DNA of 64,000 nt, taken from contig JBDRNC010000012.1 in assembly GCA_043811535.1 (NCBI GenBank), positions 63,697 to 127,696 on the forward strand. The letters run 5' to 3'. The DNA comes from Elusimicrobiota bacterium. GTDB lineage: Bacteria > Elusimicrobiota > Endomicrobiia > Endomicrobiales > JBDRNC01. The position numbers and the translations under genes were made by a program. The notes below the pieces were generated by a model. It made no database searches, had not been told where the DNA came from, and saw only the letters and a list, made by a program, of their open reading frames with translations. Of the stretch, positions 26,901 through 33,972 are shown piece by piece (position 1 is the first letter of the stretch; the number at the start of each line of letters is the position of its first letter).

Positions 26901-29900
26901 CCGTCACGGTTATCGTCGCGCTGGACCACATCACCGTCTCGGAAGGAAGATAGACGCCCACAAGGAAATATCCAGTCGCGTTCGGCCCTATATCCGGAAG
27001 CGCCCAGCACGGGTAGTCGTCTGCGGTGTATGTCCCGCTCTTGTCCTTGTCCCAGTATACCGTCACCGGCCACGTTGAGCAGCCCTGCACGTATGCCGTG
27101 CTGATATGAACACTGTCCCCTAAATTTCCTTCGTTAATTATCTTGTATGAAAAATACGCCGTTGTCCCGGGCAATGTCCCCTTGTCATCGGGCACCGAGC
27201 CCCACGCAGACGCGTAACCGGTTGAAACCTTAATACTCATCTCGCTGAATGTCGTTGAAGAGCCCTGCTGGTCCCAGTACGCGAACGAATCGCCGGGTAT
27301 GTCGGCTGTGTTCGCGATACCTTTGTCGCTTCCGGATACTATCAATGAATTCGCCGGCGTCTGCGACATCACAAGAAACTTCACGTCATCTAAGTATATG
27401 TCGCCGTCCACGTCGTTGCTCATGCTCGCTTCAGATATCCATTTTATGTCCGTGATATTAGTCAGCGTGAATCCTGAGTCGGCGTTCCTTAAAAATCTGT
27501 CCAAAGGTATTATCACATTCTGCCAGACGCTCGTGCCCGTTATCAGCTGCTCCTGCAATTGGACTTTGGCATATTTGCCACTATTATCTACCAATTGAAC
27601 ATTACAGCTTGTATCTGCATTGGGCGTATATATCCAAAATGACATCGCACTGTAAGTTGAAACATCAACGCTTAAATTGTTTATTCCCCCGCCTACCCAG
27701 TCAACCATGCTTGACCACCACATCCTGTATGAATACCCGGAAGGCGTAAGTCTTATGTTTGAGTTATATTCCCGTTTGTCGTCCCTTGCCCATGTCCCTG
27801 CCCCCCAATTTGTGGGAGGTCCGCCGGTGTCAAAATCAGCAACAGTATCATCAACGGTATTGCCTGAGCCATGTTTTATCCTTACCGTGTATGATACGGA
27901 ATTACTCGTCCCGCCGTCAACAGAAGCGTCCACCCATCTGACCTTCGTCGCCGTAGCATTGTACGCGTCCTGCCACGCGCCGCTTACATAGAACTGATTG
28001 GAATCCGCGGCCCCGTTGCCCGGGTCACCGTCAAGTTCCGTGTTGAACGGTATCGCCTCCGTTATCAACATCCCCGTGCCGGCTGTGTCGCCTATATTAG
28101 GATACGATATGGTGTAGGTTATCTTGTCGCCCGGCTCGGATACCCTGCCGTTGGCTATCGCGTCTACGGCCGCAGAACTGCGCGCTACCGATATAGACAC
28201 CCCCGAAACCGAATTCGATGCTATCGCAATGAAACTGTCAGTTATAGTGTCGTCGTCCGTGCCCGAAGGCCAGGAATCATTCGCACCGGAACCGTTGTGG
28301 TCATTGGCCGTCACACTTATCGTCGCGCTGGACCACATCACCGTCTCGGAAGGAAGATAGACGCCCACAAGGAAGTATCCTGTCGCATTCGGCGCTATGT
28401 CAGGCAATGCCCAGCACGCGTAGTCGCCTGCCGTATAAGTCCCGCTCTTGTCCTTGTCCCAGTACACCGTCACCGGCCATGTCGAGCAGTTCTGCACGTA
28501 CGCAGTGCTTATATGCACGCTGTCGCCTAAATTGCCGTTGTTGATTATCTTGTACTCGAAGTATATCGTCGTGCCTGGATACGTCCCCTTGTCGGCCGGC
28601 ACCGAGCTCCACACGGCCGCGTAGCCCGTTGAAACTTTCACATTCATCTCGCTGAATGTCGAAGATGAGCCCTGCTGGGTCCAGTACGCGAACGAATCGC
28701 CCGGGTAGTCAGCCGTGTTCGCGATACCCTTGTCGCTCCCGGACATGATAAAAGAGTTAGCAGGCGCTTGCGACAGTTTCAGAAATTTTACGTCGTCTAT
28801 ATATATATCGGCGTCAACGGTGTTGTTGCCCAAGTCGTACTCACTGAACCATTTTATTTCCTTGAGCAGGTAATCTAAATTCTGGTTGTTCCTTTTAAAG
28901 GCTTCAAGAGGTATTATCACGTTCTGCCACACGCTCGTTCCCGTGACAAGGTAATCACGCAGATCCAGCACCCTTCCTATATCGTCGCCGGCATTATCCT
29001 GCAATTGCACGTTCAGACTCACATTTTGGGTGGAAGAGTATATCCAGAACGACAAAGCGCTGTATGTGGAAATATCTATTCCGCTGTAAGAGGTAAGGGC
29101 GCCTCCCCCCCATCTTCCGGCCGCGCTGCATCCTCTCCACCATATATAGAATGAATTGCTGCCTCCGGGAGTATGATTCACTACGCTGGAAATGGAAGAC
29201 CCGCCGCCCCATGTCGGCATATTGTCGCCAATACCTCCCCAGTTGCTGCCGCCCCACGTGGTGCCGTCAAAATCATTAACGGTATCATCCTTTGGATTTC
29301 CCGATCCGTGTTTTATCTTTACGGTGTATGAAACGGAACAGTTCGAACCACCCGGCACCGAAGCATCCACCCACCTGACCTTAGTAGCTGCCGCGTCATA
29401 CCCGTCCTGCCACGCGCTGCCTACGTAAAACTGGTTGGAATCCGCATCCCCGTCGCCCGGGTCAGCGTCAAACTCCGTGTTGAACGGTATCGCTTCCGTT
29501 ATCAGCATCCCCGTTCCGGCCGTGTCGCCTATATTAGGATACGATATAGTGTATGTTATCTTGTCGCCCGGTTCGGACATCCGGCCGTTGGCTATCGCGT
29601 CTACCGCAGCCGAACTCCGCGCCACAGTTATAGATACACCGGATATCGTGTTGGATGCTACCGCAATGAAATCGTCCGTGATGGTGTCATTTCCAGCCGA
29701 CGGCCAGTTGTCCTCTGTCCCAGCGCCGTTCCTGTCTTTCGCGGTTATGCGAATGGTCGAACTGGACCAAAGCACGGCGGTGTCCGGAATTAAAACGCCC
29801 GCGAGGAAATAATGTGTGGCGCTCGGAGCAAGGCCTATGGTATTATCATAGGGCGTGTCGCCCGTAGTATAAGTGCCGCTCTTATCCTTGTCCCAATAAA

Positions 29901-30801
29901 TCCTGAATGACCATGTTGAGCCTTGTACCACCTGCGAGCTGAAAGCGATGCTGTCGGCGGCATTCCCGTCATTTCTTATTTGGTAGGCAAAATAGATTGT
30001 TGTTCCCTGGATCGCTCCCTTGTCTAGCGGCGTTGACGCCCAGGCGCACGCGAAACCCGTGGACACAAGAACATCGACTACGTTTGACGTCGTGCTTGAA
30101 GCCGCCTGGTCCCAAGTCATCAGAGTGTCGCCGGGAATATCGCACTGGTCGGCAAGGCCTTTGTCTCCGCCTGAATACACTCTTGAGTTGGCCGGGGCGT
30201 CTATGTCATCGAGGAATTTGAGGTCGTCTATGTAGATGCTTCCGGAGATGTCGTTGCCCTGATCATACTCCGACATCCATTTTATCTCTTTAATCTTGAG
30301 ATCCAGGTCCTTATTGTCCCGCTTGAACGCTTCGAGAGGAATTATGACATTCTGCCAGACGTTGCTTCCCGTTACCAGGTAATCCGTGAGTTTTACCCTG
30401 CCCATGTCATCGCCGAAATCCGCGTGGTCCTGGATCTGGATATTTATATCGGTATTCGCGTTCGGAGTGTATATCCAGAAGGAAAGCGCGCTGTAGGTGG
30501 AAACATCTACGGATGCATTATTGAAATGAGTGTTGCCTCCGCCATAGCGCCCTGCCGCGGCGCCATAACTCCAGTATATATGCTCGGAGTTGCCGGCAAT
30601 AGGCGGGTGGTTTGCCGCGGAACTGGGTTCTGCGGTCGCAATACCGACTTCGTAGCCTCCGCCCCATGTGCCGATGTTCCACCCGTTGCCGTCATAGTCA
30701 TTGACAGAGTCCTCAATGCAATGCGCCGCGCCGAAAGCGCCGGCAATAATGACAGCAACGATGATGAAACAGCGCGCCAATCTCATAGGATGTTTAAACA
30801 T
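23953..30801 (-). CDS. Giant modular surface protein: repeats of [CBM11-like + Ig-like + DUF11-like] and a T9SS type-B-like C-terminal domain
   Basis: Signal peptide; four SFWIY...TG..VWQNVIIPL..F...Y(I/L)DD.K modules about 470 aa apart; PGDKITYTISY.N.G...ITEAIP DUF11-like domains; C-terminal ILTP...NDF...IFDVNGAKV...WDGKD...ESGVYIYQ...GTILIIK. Confidence 0.85.
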   Translation of the reverse strand: MFKHPMRLARCFIIVAVIIAGAFGAAHCIEDSVNDYDGNGWNIGTWGGGYEVGIATAEPSSAANHPPIAGNSEHIYWSYGAAAGRYGGGNTHFNNASVDVSTYSALSFWIYTPNANTDINIQIQDHADFGDDMGRVKLTDYLVTGSNVWQNVIIPLEAFKRDNKDLDLKIKEIKWMSEYDQGNDISGSIYIDDLKFLDDIDAPANSRVYSGGDKGLADQCDIPGDTLMTWDQAASSTTSNVVDVLVSTGFACAWASTPLDKGAIQGTTIYFAYQIRNDGNAADSIAFSSQVVQGSTWSFRIYWDKDKSGTYTTGDTPYDNTIGLAPSATHYFLAGVLIPDTAVLWSSSTIRITAKDRNGAGTEDNWPSAGNDTITDDFIAVASNTISGVSITVARSSAAVDAIANGRMSEPGDKITYTISYPNIGDTAGTGMLITEAIPFNTEFDADPGDGDADSNQFYVGSAWQDGYDAAATKVRWVDASVPGGSNCSVSYTVKIKHGSGNPKDDTVNDFDGTTWGGSNWGGIGDNMPTWGGGSSISSVVNHTPGGSNSFYIWWRGCSAAGRWGGGALTSYSGIDISTYSALSFWIYSSTQNVSLNVQLQDNAGDDIGRVLDLRDYLVTGTSVWQNVIIPLEAFKRNNQNLDYLLKEIKWFSEYDLGNNTVDADIYIDDVKFLKLSQAPANSFIMSGSDKGIANTADYPGDSFAYWTQQGSSSTFSEMNVKVSTGYAAVWSSVPADKGTYPGTTIYFEYKIINNGNLGDSVHISTAYVQNCSTWPVTVYWDKDKSGTYTAGDYACWALPDIAPNATGYFLVGVYLPSETVMWSSATISVTANDHNGSGANDSWPSGTDDDTITDSFIAIASNSVSGVSISVARSSAAVDAIANGRVSEPGDKITYTISYPNIGDTAGTGMLITEAIPFNTELDGDPGNGAADSNQFYVSGAWQDAYNATATKVRWVDASVDGGTSNSVSYTVRIKHGSGNTVDDTVADFDTGGPPTNWGAGTWARDDKREYNSNIRLTPSGYSYRMWWSSMVDWVGGGINNLSVDVSTYSAMSFWIYTPNADTSCNVQLVDNSGKYAKVQLQEQLITGTSVWQNVIIPLDRFLRNADSGFTLTNITDIKWISEASMSNDVDGDIYLDDVKFLVMSQTPANSLIVSGSDKGIANTADIPGDSFAYWDQQGSSTTFSEMSIKVSTGYASAWGSVPDDKGTLPGTTAYFSYKIINEGNLGDSVHISTAYVQGCSTWPVTVYWDKDKSGTYTADDYPCWALPDIGPNATGYFLVGVYLPSETVMWSSATITVTAKDHNGSGANDSWPSGADDDTITDSFVAIASNAVSGVSISVARSSAAVDTIANGRVSEPGDKITYTISYPNIGDTAGTGMLITEAIPFNTEFDADPGAGYADSNQFYVGSAWQDGWDATATKVRWVDASVGGGTSNSVSYTVKIKNGNGNNVEETVANFDSGSNPIDIGGGIWGNPFAEYSTLNHSPASGYSLELRWNYTDPDWGGGGLNGMAVDISTYNAISFWIYTPNANTDLNVQIQDQDASGNETGYVQLQDYLTTGTSVWQNVIIPFEAFRRSEPNLDFVVKEIKWIAETSKGNDSSGRIYIDDVKLLNLPQAPANSLVISGGDKWTANTADCPGDSFVYWDQQGSSTTFSEMNVRVSTCYAASFSSVPSDLSVSAAGDYYFAYKLVNNGNLGDNISLTPSVDSGQAYSSSILWDRNNNGSYDAGTDFEVFSTSGLQPNCTFPFLVKVIVPSDAVGGQPTTMRVTAKTNYGDGNTDNWPVNPSASSVDDTITDDFVMEVSTVYAVTCTHEPSQATQNLNPGATAYFAYTFRNDGNVPDIFSLSVTTVAGNAWNVWITSDTNHNSLHTEDEFTVVANTVALSPAQSFYCFVAINIPPAAVGSATARITVRDHDGTGSSGTHIAERNAIALSSVDNTAPVITILKSPPANIGMIGNKILLVSEIIDIESELSSVTLTYWIGSQSKAAQTLTATSTIYTADFNDLVAGNCTIRYYLTAVNQWGYTSWSSTGIFSVSQITKSDNFSSGKLLVDDGNPDDGNTSIDIPAGALKDNINLIIVQNNRDDSDVPRGNAPANSVYPSTVYDFKDDDGSTKGKDVTFKKPVTLTLLYMETDKDGYEDSSGKDERFMRVFWWDNYEWRLIGGKVDITNKTVTAKIMHLSKYAVFPIKSLTADDYRAKERILTPAGSPGKNDFCQFGVSGDNVKINIFDVNGAKVRELKDGVNIWDGKDEDDEIVESGVYIYQIKTGNETVSGTILIIK

Positions 30802-30906
30802 ATGGCTATACGGCTAATTAACTACATGGTTAAATGGTTTAATTGCTAAATTGCCAGAATAACCGTTTGACCATTTGCATCAATCAATTAAGCCGTTTAG
30901 CAATGA
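30801..30906. repeat. Self-complementary octamer array, same family as 16981
   Basis: Shares ATTAACTACATGG.TA.ATGGTT.AATTGCTAAATTGCCA with 16981-17084; inverted half TAACCGTT-TGACCATT...TAGCAATG. Confidence 0.85.
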
Positions 30907-30909
30907 TTC

Positions 30910-32382
30910 TTATTTTATCTTTATCTTATATGATACGGTCTGATCTCCGCTGCCCGAAGGAACGGAATCATCTTTCCACCGCACTTTCGTAGCGGTAACA
31001 TCGTAACCGCCCTGCCAGGCGCTGCCGACATAATACTCTATGCTATCGGCATTCCCGAGGCCCGGATCAGCCGAGGGATCCGCCGCAAGATATGTATTGA
31101 ACGGCAATGCTTCGGTAATGTAAAGGTTCGTCGCAGGTTCATTTCCGCTGTTATCGTACGTCAGTGTCACAAGTATCGTTGTGTCGCCAGGCCTTGCTAC
31201 TGCCGTGTCCGTGCTCTTCATAAGCGACATAAGCGCGCCCGACGCGTTCAGCGAGAAACTATCTGTTATGGTATCGTCATCCGCGCCTGTCGGCCAAGTG
31301 TCGTTGCCGCCGCCGCCGAAGAAATCCTTTGCGGTCAGCTGAACCGTGGTCTGAGACTCGAGCGCCGTTCCCACAGGGACGTACATTTGAATAAGGAAAT
31401 AATACGTGCTTTCCGGTATAAAACTGACCGACCTGTCGTACGCCGTGTCGCCGCTTGTCATAGTACCGCTCTTGTCCTTATCCCAGTATATAGTGAACGG
31501 CCATGTTGAGCCCACGACAACTTGAGAACTGAAAACAACTTCGTCGCCGGAATTGCCGTTATTGACTATCTGGTACGCGAAATACGCGGTCGTTCCGGGA
31601 AGCGCGTATTTATCGGCGGGCGTTGACGTCCACGCGATAGCGTAACCGGTTGACACCTGAACGTTCACAAGGTTTGAGCTCACGCTTGACGTGGCAAGGT
31701 CCCAGACCATCAGGGTATCGCCCGGCGCGTCGGCTGTATTCGCGGTCCATATATCCGTTCCGGAATAGACTCTTGACCTTGTCGGAGCATGCGCCAGTAT
31801 TACAAAGGAGATGTTGTCAATGTAGATGCTGCCGGCAATATCGCTGCCCTGATCGTATTCCGACATCCATTTTATCTCTTTGATCTTAAAGTCAAGGGCT
31901 GGCTGGGCTCTTTTAAAGGCATCCAGAGGTATTATGACGTTCTGCCATGTGTTAACTCCTGTTACCAGGTAATCCTGCAGTTGCACCCTGCCCATATCAT
32001 CGCCGAAATCCGAGTGGTCCTGCATCTGAACGGTTATGCCTGTATTCGCGTTCGGCGTGTATATCCAGAAGGAAAGCGCGCTGTAGGTTGAAACGTCAAC
32101 TGCTGTACTGTCGAAATTGGCGTTACCGCCGCCCCAGCGTCCAGCCGCCGCGCCGTAACTCCAGTAAATATGGAGCGAGTTGCCTGCAACAGGCCCAAGG
32201 TACGCGTCCGTGGTGGTTTCGCCGGTCGCGATCCCGACTTCATAGCCGCCGGCCCACGTGCTGACGTTCCACCCGCTCCCGTCCCAATCCGTCATGAGAT
32301 GATCGACGGTAGCGAAAGCAGGACTAGCCGCCATAATAATTGATGCAAATATCGCGGTAAAAAGAACAAGACACTTCTTCAT
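30910..32382 (-). CDS. Secreted single-unit paralogue of the giant protein (CBM11-like + Ig-like + DUF11-like)
   Basis: Near-identical to unit 1 of the 2282-aa protein (TW.GGYEVGIAT, NS.HIYWSYGAAAGR, DFGDDMGRV, KIKEIKWMSEYDQG); ends VSYKIKIK; GGAGG upstream. Confidence 0.85.
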   Translation of the reverse strand: MKKCLVLFTAIFASIIMAASPAFATVDHLMTDWDGSGWNVSTWAGGYEVGIATGETTTDAYLGPVAGNSLHIYWSYGAAAGRWGGGNANFDSTAVDVSTYSALSFWIYTPNANTGITVQMQDHSDFGDDMGRVQLQDYLVTGVNTWQNVIIPLDAFKRAQPALDFKIKEIKWMSEYDQGSDIAGSIYIDNISFVILAHAPTRSRVYSGTDIWTANTADAPGDTLMVWDLATSSVSSNLVNVQVSTGYAIAWTSTPADKYALPGTTAYFAYQIVNNGNSGDEVVFSSQVVVGSTWPFTIYWDKDKSGTMTSGDTAYDRSVSFIPESTYYFLIQMYVPVGTALESQTTVQLTAKDFFGGGGNDTWPTGADDDTITDSFSLNASGALMSLMKSTDTAVARPGDTTILVTLTYDNSGNEPATNLYITEALPFNTYLAADPSADPGLGNADSIEYYVGSAWQGGYDVTATKVRWKDDSVPSGSGDQTVSYKIKIK

Positions 32383-32401
32383 AAAACCTCCCGTGAAAAA
32401 A

Positions 32402-32474
32402 TATTGCTAAATTGCCATATGGCTAAATGGCTAACGCCTTCCAGCAATTCAACTATATGACCATTTAGCCATTT
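32402..32474. repeat. Self-complementary octamer array
   Basis: TATTGCTA-AATTGCCA-TATGGCTA-AATGGCTA / CAGCAATT-CAACTATA-TGACCATT-TAGCCATT. Confidence 0.85.
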
Positions 32475-32477
32475 ACT

Positions 32478-33800
32478 TTACTTTATCCTAAGTTTATACG
32501 AAACGCTGCAATCCGATCCCGCCCCGACAAAATTATCCTTCCATCGGATCTTTGTCGCCGACGCGCTGTAAGTCGCCGTCCAGGAATTGCTCACATAATA
32601 TTGGACGCTATCGGCTGAGCCTGCTGTGGGTTCTTCGGAAAGATATGTGTTAAAGGGAATTACTTCGGTTATAAAAAGGTTGGGGGCTTCAAGGTCGCCG
32701 GTATTGCTGTATGCCAGCGTAATTGTCACCACATCATTGGGTTTTCCGACGGCGATATCCGTGCTTTTGACCACATTCGTGATATTTATCTTGCCTATGG
32801 TTATATTGTCAACGTAATACGTCCCGCCGGGATAGAGGTCCAGCCATCCCAGCCCCGGCTTAAATTCTGTGACGTTCCAGTATGTCGCATAGCTCGGCAA
32901 GTTCCAGTAAAGCGTCTGCCACGTGCCCGAAGACGTCACATAGCGGTATTCAGTGTCTTGCCCGTCGCCCCTCGCGCCGAACCACATGTAAAACTTAATA
33001 GGAATGGATGTCGTTGATGTCCAGACATCCGGTTTTAACCAGACATTGGCACGTATGGTATTATAATTTTTCCAGTCTTCGTTGAGGCCAGAGATCTGCA
33101 TTTCGGCGTATGTATTCACGTCGTTATAATTCCAAAGCATGAATCCCGAACCGCAGTTCACCGTAGAAGACGAGTTATTGTGCGAAACGACCGTCGGATT
33201 GTCCGGGTTCCACGTAGTATAAGACCCGCCATACCACCAGCCGCGCGGCTGTTTGTTGAAATCCTCAAAATACCATGTGGTCCCGTCCGTCTTGACAAGC
33301 CGTATGTCGTCAAAGTAATGCGTAGTCTCGTTACTGCCCAGTGATTCGGCTTTTATGTTGATATGAGTCACTTTTGTTGCGCCGGTATTCACCTGCCAGA
33401 TTGCGTCGGTCCAGGCATTATTAGCAATATTAGGAGTGCTGAGCTGCTGGATTATGCCGTCAGAGTGGTCTTTTATTTCAAGCGTGAGGGAAGTGGCCGC
33501 GCTGCCGCATTCAAGCCACAGGCGCGCTTTCACGAACAGCACATTGTTCCAGTCTTCGTCCTGGAATGTTTTTCCCCGGATGAGGATTTGCCTGTCTACA
33601 GTGCATGTTGAAACGATCTTAAGGCAATCGGCGCTGTGCGCGTTCGCCCAGGATATCCACCCCTGTTTAGCCCAGTCGCCGTAGCCCCAATCCGGATTGT
33701 CCCATCCGATCTGGTTGAAATCGTCAAATAATACGGGTGCCGCCTGAAGAGTGATAGGCAGGAATGTGAGGAGTGATAATAGAAACAGTTTACGTATCAT
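32478..33800 (-). CDS. Secreted protein with two CBM-like beta-sandwiches + DUF11-like domain
   Basis: LFDDFN...YFDDIRL and FEDFN...YYVDNIT modules; C-terminal KSTD....PND.VTITLAYSN.G...ITEVIPFNT...VSYKLRIK shared with its neighbours. Confidence 0.75.
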   Translation of the reverse strand: MIRKLFLLSLLTFLPITLQAAPVLFDDFNQIGWDNPDWGYGDWAKQGWISWANAHSADCLKIVSTCTVDRQILIRGKTFQDEDWNNVLFVKARLWLECGSAATSLTLEIKDHSDGIIQQLSTPNIANNAWTDAIWQVNTGATKVTHINIKAESLGSNETTHYFDDIRLVKTDGTTWYFEDFNKQPRGWWYGGSYTTWNPDNPTVVSHNNSSSTVNCGSGFMLWNYNDVNTYAEMQISGLNEDWKNYNTIRANVWLKPDVWTSTTSIPIKFYMWFGARGDGQDTEYRYVTSSGTWQTLYWNLPSYATYWNVTEFKPGLGWLDLYPGGTYYVDNITIGKINITNVVKSTDIAVGKPNDVVTITLAYSNTGDLEAPNLFITEVIPFNTYLSEEPTAGSADSVQYYVSNSWTATYSASATKIRWKDNFVGAGSDCSVSYKLRIK

Positions 33801-33813
33801 ATAGATATAATTA

Positions 33814-33865
33814 TGTAACCGTTTACCATCAATATAAGTATATTTGATTTAGCTCAAAATGTCAA
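33814..33865 (-). promoter_or_regulatory. sigma70 promoter and LacI operator for the surface-protein operon
   Basis: TTGACA(33865-33860)-17 nt-TATACT(33842-33837); operator TGTAACCGTTTACC at 33814-33827. Confidence 0.8.
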
Positions 33866-33891
33866 GATGATATAAGTCACAAACCATAATT

Positions 33892-33968
33892 CAATTATCA
33901 ATAATCAATTAACAATTATCAATGAAAATATATACATTGATAACTGCTAATTGTTAATTGTCCATTGA
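33892..33968. repeat. Self-complementary heptamer array (CAATTAT / ATTGTTA)
   Basis: CAATTAT-CAATAAT-CAATTAA-CAATTAT-CAATGA then ATTGATA-ACTGCTA-ATTGTTA-ATTGTCC-ATTGA. Confidence 0.85.
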
Positions 33969-33972
33969 AAAA

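Noticed and set aside
23953..32382. Diversity-generating retroelement as the cause of the repeated units
   Set aside because: No reverse transcriptase in the window; the repeats are kb-scale and coding, and the differences are not adenine-specific by eye.
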